Part shown: positions 57,630 through 64,000 of the stretch, one piece after another
Position numbering within the stretch: position 1 is the first letter of the stretch
Layout: the number at the start of each line of letters is the position of its first letter
Assembly (NCBI GenBank): GCA_965219095.1
Contig: CBDCMT010000001.1
Coordinates: forward strand, 2,333,095-2,397,094
Source of the DNA: Bdellovibrionales bacterium
GTDB lineage: Bacteria > Bdellovibrionota > Bdellovibrionia > Bdellovibrionales > UBA1609
Length of the DNA stretch: 64,000 nt
Direction of reading: 5' to 3'
Position numbers and translations under genes: made by a program
The notes under the pieces: generated by a model
Seen by the model: the letters and a program-made list of their open reading frames with translations, nothing else
What the model was told of the DNA's origin: nothing
Database searches by the model: none

Positions 57630-59636
57630 ATGGCAGTCAATTTTTTTCTATTCAGTCCGATAAGTTGTTATATGAATGGAAAGAAAATCAATGTTTTAGT
57701 CTTAGAAGATCATTCAGAAAGTGCTGAAGCCATTAAAAAAACTTTGGAAAGAGAAGGTGTTAATGTTTATGTCTCAGGTGATCCTTATAAAGCTTTAAAT
57801 TGGATGCGCATGAGGCCTTTTCACTTGTGCTATATTGATTGTCTTCTTCCTAAAATGAACGGTATGATGGTAGCAAAACAACTTAAAAAACAAAACGAGG
57901 CTATCTTTATTTGCTTATTAAGTGGAATTATGAAAGAAGGTCTTGTAAAATCTTTTCCTCATGATATTTTTTTTAAAAAACCTATCACTTCGGAAATGAT
58001 ATTAAATGTTTTTAAACAGTTTAAAAAAAATTTTCTTTCAAATATTGAGAAAGAAGAAGAACAAGAAACAAGTATTTCTCAAATTTTCTCTCATCCTACC
58101 TTCTTGGAGGGAATAGTAGAAGGGGGTTTTTTTCAAGGCAAAGATGATCTTAAAGGCTTCCATGTTTTTTATATTTTAAGTTTGTATTTGAATCAAAAGA
58201 AAAAAGGTTGCTTGAAGGTTACAAAAAAAGATGGTAGCATTACTTCTTTTATTTATTTTAAAAATGGCCTTCTTTATGACATGAAAGGCACTGAATCTCA
58301 AGAAGAAGTTTTTTCTAAACTTATCATTAAAAACAAGATTTTATCTGAGGAAGAGTGGAATGTGCTTGATAAAAGACAAATCATTGTTAATTTAGAAAAA
58401 CATAAAAAAGTGAAAAAAGAGCATTTAGAAAAAATCAGAGAATTTCAATTTAATCATTCTTTAAAAAAAATATATTTGAATCAAAGTCAGTTTTATTTTA
58501 AAGTGATCGAACATGAAACAGAGGCTTCTCAGTTTCCTTTTAGAAAAAACTTTTGGCCTCAGATTCTTAAAGAGAATGTATCTCAGTCCTTTCTAGGTAA
58601 CTATTGGCTTGAGTTTTTTAAACAGTTCTCTACAGCAAAGGTTTTTTTTAAAAAAGATATCTCTTTAGAAGAAGAGGATTTATGGTGGCCATTTTCAAAA
58701 AAAATGAAAGAGGTTTTAGCTAAAGATATGTCAATTTCAAAGGTTATTTCTTCTTTTCCTGATAGAACAGAAGAGGCTATGTTTTATTTAGGTTATTTAA
58801 TTTTAAGGGGAGTGCTTGAATTTGTTGTAGATAAGAAAATAAAAAACCCAGAGAGTACTCTAAAGAATGTTGGAGGAGTGCAAAAAGACATTTTTAAACC
58901 AAGATTAGAGTTGATGTTTAAAAAATTCCAAGGCAGAAGTCCTTATGAAATTTTTCAGTACTTTGGAGCTTCTTCTAAGAGTTCTCCGGAGGATTTAAAA
59001 AAGCTTTATAGAGAGTTTGTAGATTATAACCATGTAGATAAATTGCCAATAGATACAAAGAAAGAAGTTCTAGAGTTGAACAAAAGGATATTTCAACTTG
59101 TTAAAGAAGCCTACGAAACTTTAACTGATCCTAGTAGAAAAGCTGATTATGAAAAAGCTTATGAGAGCAAACAAAGGAAATTGAGGCTGTATGCAGAAGG
59201 GTGTTATGAAAAAAGCGTTCTTTGTATTAGGAAAAAAGAATGGAATAAATCTATTGAATTCTGTGAAAAAGGTTTGGAATTAACTCCTAAAAACAGTGAA
59301 CTCAATATGCAGTGGATTTTTTCTCATCTTTTAAAGGCAAACGTATTAAAAGAACGCCTTTCTCAAAAGATTCTTGATCAAATTGATGGACGCTTAAAAA
59401 TTCTTAAGAAAAAAGACATAAATTTAGAAAAATACTATTTTATAAAAGGGCTTTACTACAAACAAATGAAAGACTTTAAAAAAACTAAAACATATCTAGA
59501 AAAAGCTATTGAGTTAAAACCTGATTTTGTTCAAGCTAAAAAGGAATTAGAGTTTGTCAAATACGCTATCAGAAAAAAAGAGAATGAAGGCACGGAGACT
59601 ATTATTACAAGATTCTTTAGGAAAAAAAGTAGTTAA
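57630..59636 (+). CDS. Response regulator receiver / J-domain / TPR protein
   Basis: LVLED...DCLLPKMNG...KP receiver; J-like PYEIF...YR...HVDK...EAYETL.D...R..Y; C-terminal TPRs; start may be 57672. Confidence 0.82.
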   Translation: MAVNFFLFSPISCYMNGKKINVLVLEDHSESAEAIKKTLEREGVNVYVSGDPYKALNWMRMRPFHLCYIDCLLPKMNGMMVAKQLKKQNEAIFICLLSGIMKEGLVKSFPHDIFFKKPITSEMILNVFKQFKKNFLSNIEKEEEQETSISQIFSHPTFLEGIVEGGFFQGKDDLKGFHVFYILSLYLNQKKKGCLKVTKKDGSITSFIYFKNGLLYDMKGTESQEEVFSKLIIKNKILSEEEWNVLDKRQIIVNLEKHKKVKKEHLEKIREFQFNHSLKKIYLNQSQFYFKVIEHETEASQFPFRKNFWPQILKENVSQSFLGNYWLEFFKQFSTAKVFFKKDISLEEEDLWWPFSKKMKEVLAKDMSISKVISSFPDRTEEAMFYLGYLILRGVLEFVVDKKIKNPESTLKNVGGVQKDIFKPRLELMFKKFQGRSPYEIFQYFGASSKSSPEDLKKLYREFVDYNHVDKLPIDTKKEVLELNKRIFQLVKEAYETLTDPSRKADYEKAYESKQRKLRLYAEGCYEKSVLCIRKKEWNKSIEFCEKGLELTPKNSELNMQWIFSHLLKANVLKERLSQKILDQIDGRLKILKKKDINLEKYYFIKGLYYKQMKDFKKTKTYLEKAIELKPDFVQAKKELEFVKYAIRKKENEGTETIITRFFRKKSS

Positions 59637-59666
59637 AAGAATGTCGAATTAATTTTTAGAAATGGT

Positions 59667-60210
59667 ATAAGATAACTCATGCTTTGTGTGTGGCTCACCT
59701 TTTGAGAGAGCTTAAATTTATAGAAGAAAGCAATGGATTCAAATGGGCTACAAATCTCAAAAAACTTCTTAAAGAGACTGTGGAGTTAGTTCATAAAAAA
59801 GAGTCAAGAGTTCTGACTCAAAAAGAGTACGAAACTCTTCAGAGAAGGTATAGGAGTATTCTTACAAAAGGCTTAAAAGAGCTTCCAGAATTTCCTAAAA
59901 AAAATGGCAAGAAAGGACGAATAAAGCATACACAAGCTCAAAACCTTTGGCTGCGATTTAAAAAGTATGAAGCAGAAATACTGTGTTTTGCTAAAAGAAA
60001 GAACGTAGATCCTACTAATAACAGAGCTGAAAGAAATCTAAGAATGACTAAGGTGAAAAAGAAAGTGTCAGGGTGTTTCAGAACAGAAGAAATGGCGAAA
60101 TATTTTTGTCGTATTACCAGCTATGTTAAAACAATGAGAAATAGAGGGTATTCTTCTTTAGAAGCCATCTCTATGGCTTTAAATAAAAACTTACGAGAGT
60201 GAGCAGTTAC
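59667..60210 (+). mobile_element. IS66 element A right-end fragment
   Basis: Near-identical to reverse complement of 26185-26728. Confidence 0.9.
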
Positions 60211-60310
60211 CATATCTTATGAAAACTTAACCTCCCCTCAAAAGAAGTTTTTTTAAAATCTCCTAACTGAAGCTTTTCCTTAAGTCAATTTTAAATTTGA
60301 ACATAAAAAT

Positions 60311-61574
60311 GTCTATTAAAAAGTATGTCAAGAAAAAACACTTCTCCATTTACAAAAAATATAAAAAATTTTTTTTGCATACAGTCACGAATATTCTAAT
60401 CACCTAAGAAAAAACTTCCTGCATTTCCTTTCCATTTTTTAATGACTCTTCCTTTACACATTGTAAAAAAAACATATTCCTATTATGCGTCTATCTGAAC
60501 CTTTTTTAGTTTTAAATCATGAATTCCAAAGATTTAAAACCTTAGATTATAGTAAATTTCAGGAATAGAGGATGTGCTATTCGTCGAAATGAATTTTTTA
60601 TAAATATCACTCTACTTAAGCTATCTATCCTCACCTCATAAAGTCATTATTTGTATTGTTACTTACTATGCAAGAAACTTTAAACAGATGATTTTATAAG
60701 GTTGTTTTATTATTATTTACATTTTTACGTTCTCCATAAGGTTTATATTTTTTCCCAGACTTGAAAACACCTAAAGTTAAAGCTGCAATTCTTCTAGTTG
60801 GTAGCATTTCTAGCAGTGTGTGGTGGTAAATTTTTTTTGATCAATTCTTCATAAAAATCATTAAATTCATTGTTATTTCCTATAACTGAGAGTGCAGCTA
60901 TCTTAAAAACACTTTTCATTTGTGGGCAAAACCTAGACTTCTTAGTTCCATAAGACCTTCCACTACTCATTTTATGTAGCTTTACAAGTCCGCAGTCCAC
61001 TCCACCAGGAATTACGTTTAAATCGGTGAGGCACTACAACCCTGGCTACAATCTTGATAGCCTTGATAGAACCAATTCCTGGAATGCTACTAAGATTGCT
61101 AATATCTTTGTGTTTTTTACTTAGCCTCTTAAACTCTGCTTCATATAGTCAATATCTTCTTACCTTTCAGAGTTTTTAAATAGGCACGAAGATTCCCAAG
61201 ATCTGAAATCGTGTCCATAGTCTTAATATCTTTTGATTTGCCTGTCATCCTTGAAATGGCCATGTTACTTTGTGCCCAATCTACGGCTATATAGTGATCA
61301 TACATTTTATTTTCCTCCTTTGTTGGTTTATTTATAAATAAAGTCTTGAAATCCTATTTTACATCTTTTTTTTGCTTTTTCCTTTTTTTCGAGTAAGCCT
61401 TCACAAAAATACAGGCTTAATCGAAAAAAAAGGGAAAACACACCCTTTGAGGCCTTAAAAACCAGGCCAGCTAAAGGGTTTAGAATTTGTCTCGAAAAGC
61501 TCACCTCCTTCTGCAAGTACTTTAGGGTCACTATCATGGCTTAAACCAGTGACCTGTCTTTTTGATTTACCGTC
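60311..61574 (-). mobile_element. IS110/IS1111 element copy C, both ends intact, recombinase internally deleted
   Basis: GAC core at both junctions; N-terminus at 61306; IPGIG, CGLV...SSG, RRIA C-terminal motifs at about 60700-61145. Confidence 0.88.
60330..60700 (-). ncRNA. Candidate bridge RNA / seekRNA in IS110 right non-coding end
   Basis: Target-like TTCGAC and donor-like ATAGAC each followed by a hairpin; 10-bp stem between; boundaries unknown. Confidence 0.55.
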
Positions 61575-61730
61575 GAATTAATTTCTGTAATTGGTATTAT
61601 CCCTTATTTTCTTTTTTGTACTCCTAGGGGTTTTGTTCAGATTCTCTCTTGAAACAAAGCTGTCCCTAAACAAGTCTTTTAGCGAGTAGGGCTTTTTTTT
61701 TGGTGGAAATCCTATAGAATAAAAAGAGGG

Positions 61731-62399
61731 ATGAAAGGAATGAAAAGAGGGTTTTTAGCACTTAGTGTTTTGCTTCTTGGTATGGCTTTAGGGGGATTTT
61801 TTACTTTAAACTCTTGGGATGGAAAGGTCTTTTTTTATCCTTTTTCGGAAGAGGGAGGAGATCATCGTGAGCTTGCGGCCATTGAATCTAAATTAGATAT
61901 CTCTCAATTTAAGGGTGTTCATTTTAAGAGTGCAAGTATCAGAAGATTGTTGCTGGGAGCTAAAACGATTCAAAAAGGAGATCAACAATCCATTGCTTTA
62001 GGGCATTTTATAAGAATTAACGCTTTAGGGAAAAAAGAGTTTGCCTGCGATTTTTATCGCTTCATAAAACTTAAGTTTCATGGAGATGGACTTTCCGTTT
62101 CAGGAGCACCTGTGGAAATGCATATTGTGATTCCTTGCCAGTACAATAGAAACTCTGAGATGATCAAAGAGGTTTTGCTACCTAATAAAAAGGAGTTGAA
62201 GAAAGCCGACCTAAGGGTTCCTGTTTTGTTAGGGGAACAAAGCACTTTGACCATGAAGAATTTTTATGGTTTTTGGCCTAAAAGGTGGGTACTTTATTCA
62301 TTAAAAATGGTAAGAGCCCCTTCGTCAAGAGACAACCTCGTTCTTAAAAAGAAAGAGATCAATAAAGTTTTAAAAGGTCATTTTACATTATTTTGGTGA
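61731..62399 (+). CDS. Hypothetical membrane-anchored or secreted protein
   Basis: 222-aa ORF, hydrophobic N-terminus. Confidence 0.75.
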   Translation: MKGMKRGFLALSVLLLGMALGGFFTLNSWDGKVFFYPFSEEGGDHRELAAIESKLDISQFKGVHFKSASIRRLLLGAKTIQKGDQQSIALGHFIRINALGKKEFACDFYRFIKLKFHGDGLSVSGAPVEMHIVIPCQYNRNSEMIKEVLLPNKKELKKADLRVPVLLGEQSTLTMKNFYGFWPKRWVLYSLKMVRAPSSRDNLVLKKKEINKVLKGHFTLFW

Positions 62400-62494
62400 T
62401 AAAGGTGTTTTTTTACTCCTAACTGCTTTTTATCTTGACTTATAAAAAACTTACATCTATTCTGAAGAAAGAAAAAAGGAGGAGGTACGTATGT

Positions 62495-63124
62495 ATGACA
62501 TCTCTTACGCCTAAAGAGAAAGATTTTTTACAATTTGTAGAAACGTTTTATGAAGATCGAGGTTATTCCCCTTCTTTTATAGAAATACAAGAGCACTTTC
62601 AATATGCTTCTATCAATTCAGTGCAAAAATACATTAAACAACTTCAAAAGAAAGGATACCTTTATTCTCCGGGGCAAAATAAAAAACGTGCCTTAAAAGT
62701 TTTACGTTCTCACAACTTTAAACCCTCAAAGAATGAAGCTTTTTCCGCAAACGTCATTGCTTTTTTAGGAAAAGTCGCTGCAGGACGTCCTTTAGAAAGA
62801 GTTCACTCAGGTGAATTTATAGAGGTTTCAGATCATTTGACACAAAATCATAAAGATATTTTTGCTCTTGAAGTGGAAGGACAATCTATGATCGATGAAG
62901 GTATTTTAGAAGGAGATGTTCTTTTGATCCGAAAAAAGATTCACTACGATAACGGAAGCCTTGTTGTAGCTAGTGTTGAAGAAGGTGCTACAGTTAAAAA
63001 AATGTACAAACATAAAGATTGTATTGAATTAAGACCTTCTTGTGAAGGTATGGAATCTTTGTACTATAGTTATGATCAGGTTCGTATTGAAGGTTTTGTA
63101 GTAAGCTTGATGAGACGTTTTTAA
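62495..63124 (+). CDS. lexA: SOS repressor LexA
   Basis: LT..E...GYSPS..EI winged helix, VAAG cleavage site, G.SM and TVK catalytic dyad; ATG after AGGAGG. Confidence 0.93.
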   Translation: MTSLTPKEKDFLQFVETFYEDRGYSPSFIEIQEHFQYASINSVQKYIKQLQKKGYLYSPGQNKKRALKVLRSHNFKPSKNEAFSANVIAFLGKVAAGRPLERVHSGEFIEVSDHLTQNHKDIFALEVEGQSMIDEGILEGDVLLIRKKIHYDNGSLVVASVEEGATVKKMYKHKDCIELRPSCEGMESLYYSYDQVRIEGFVVSLMRRF

Positions 63125-64000
63125 ATGAAAACCCATAGGTTAAAAATTAAGAAAAAAGAAAATATATCAGATAACGCAACTATTTTCACTCTAGAAATAC
63201 CTAAGGAATTAAAGTCAGTTTTTCATTATGTCTGTGGCCAATATTTAACAGCTATTTTAAACATTGATGGTCGTAAAATTGGAAGAGGCTATTCTATTGC
63301 CTCATGTCCTTATACAGATCAAGACATGGAATTTGCTGTAAAAAAAATCCCTCGTGGCAAAACCTCTGTTTATGTAGTCGATAGTCTTAAAGAAGGAGAT
63401 TTTTTAGAGGTTACAACTCCTCAAGGTCATTTCTTTGATACAAGTGAAAACATAGAATCTCTTCATTACGTTTTAATAGGGGCCGGAAGTGGCATCACCC
63501 CTCTTTTTAGTATTTTGAAAACAGTACTTATTGAGAACAAAGATAATAAAGCAACACTTTTTTACGGAAATCGATTTGAGGAAGATATCATTTTTAAAAA
63601 GGAGTTAGATTCTTTAGAAGAAAAGTATAAAAATCGTCTTTTTGTAACACATTTTTTAAGCCAAGCCTCTAACAAGTGGGAAGGTCGAAGAGGCAGAATA
63701 TCAGAAGAAGATATAAAAGAAATGGTTGAGGACTTAAAAACAAAAATACTTCCTATGACATTTTATATTTGCGGTCCTGAAATCATGATGAAAACAGCTC
63801 AAAAAACTATTCTTGATTGTGGAATTGAAGAGAAAAGAATTCATATAGAATGGTACCATGCTCCTCATCCTACAGAGCCTAAGAAAGAACTTTCAGATCA
63901 TCATTCTAAAACTTTGTTAGATTCTGAAAGTGTATTTATAGGTACGGGAGAACCCTCCCTTTCTCCAGAAACTTTAGTGGCTTTTTTAGATGGTGAGGAA
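63125..64000 (+). CDS. FNR-like oxidoreductase (PaaE/KshB-type), runs off window
   Basis: Manual translation: GQY, RGYSIAS, GAGSGITP, YGNR, YICGP. Confidence 0.85.
   Translation, partial: MKTHRLKIKKKENISDNATIFTLEIPKELKSVFHYVCGQYLTAILNIDGRKIGRGYSIASCPYTDQDMEFAVKKIPRGKTSVYVVDSLKEGDFLEVTTPQGHFFDTSENIESLHYVLIGAGSGITPLFSILKTVLIENKDNKATLFYGNRFEEDIIFKKELDSLEEKYKNRLFVTHFLSQASNKWEGRRGRISEEDIKEMVEDLKTKILPMTFYICGPEIMMKTAQKTILDCGIEEKRIHIEWYHAPHPTEPKKELSDHHSKTLLDSESVFIGTGEPSLSPETLVAFLDGEE

Noticed and set aside
60330..61574. TIGR-Tas or CRISPR-like guide array beside the IS110-related protein
   Set aside because: No tandem regularly spaced repeats; the protein keeps the SSG recombinase motif

Overview
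AT-rich bacterial chromosome segment, probably from a host-associated Bdellovibrionota-like lineage (inferred from a PilZ-like protein, a REC-J-TPR protein, a type IV pilin and the gene set, not from a search). Intact housekeeping blocks (hppA, Nit hydrolase, rplX/rpmB/rpsR, Na/Pi cotransporter, ftsY, smc, ftsH, tilS, aapJQMP, clpB, sigma54 activator, speB-like, dksA, lexA) are separated by dense clusters of nested, truncated and frameshifted insertion sequences: IS630 (3 types), ISAzo13, IS1634-like (3 types), IS66 (2 types), IS481, IS3, IS110/IS1111, and IS5/IS256-like scraps. The most interesting signal is an IS110/IS1111-type recombinase element. It is inserted twice at the same GAC core inside the terminal repeat of another IS, and the empty target is also present at 35481-35614. 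The predicted circle junction forms TTGACA-17 nt-TAAATC. The ~400-nt non-coding right end carries two guide-like motifs, one matching the target and one the donor, each ending in GAC and followed by a hairpin: a candidate bridge RNA. Also notable are a pilin whose only start codon comes from an IS66 end, +1 frameshifts conserved across IS copies, and start-codon-sequestering palindromes in three IS1634-like elements. No rRNA, tRNA or CRISPR array was recognised.
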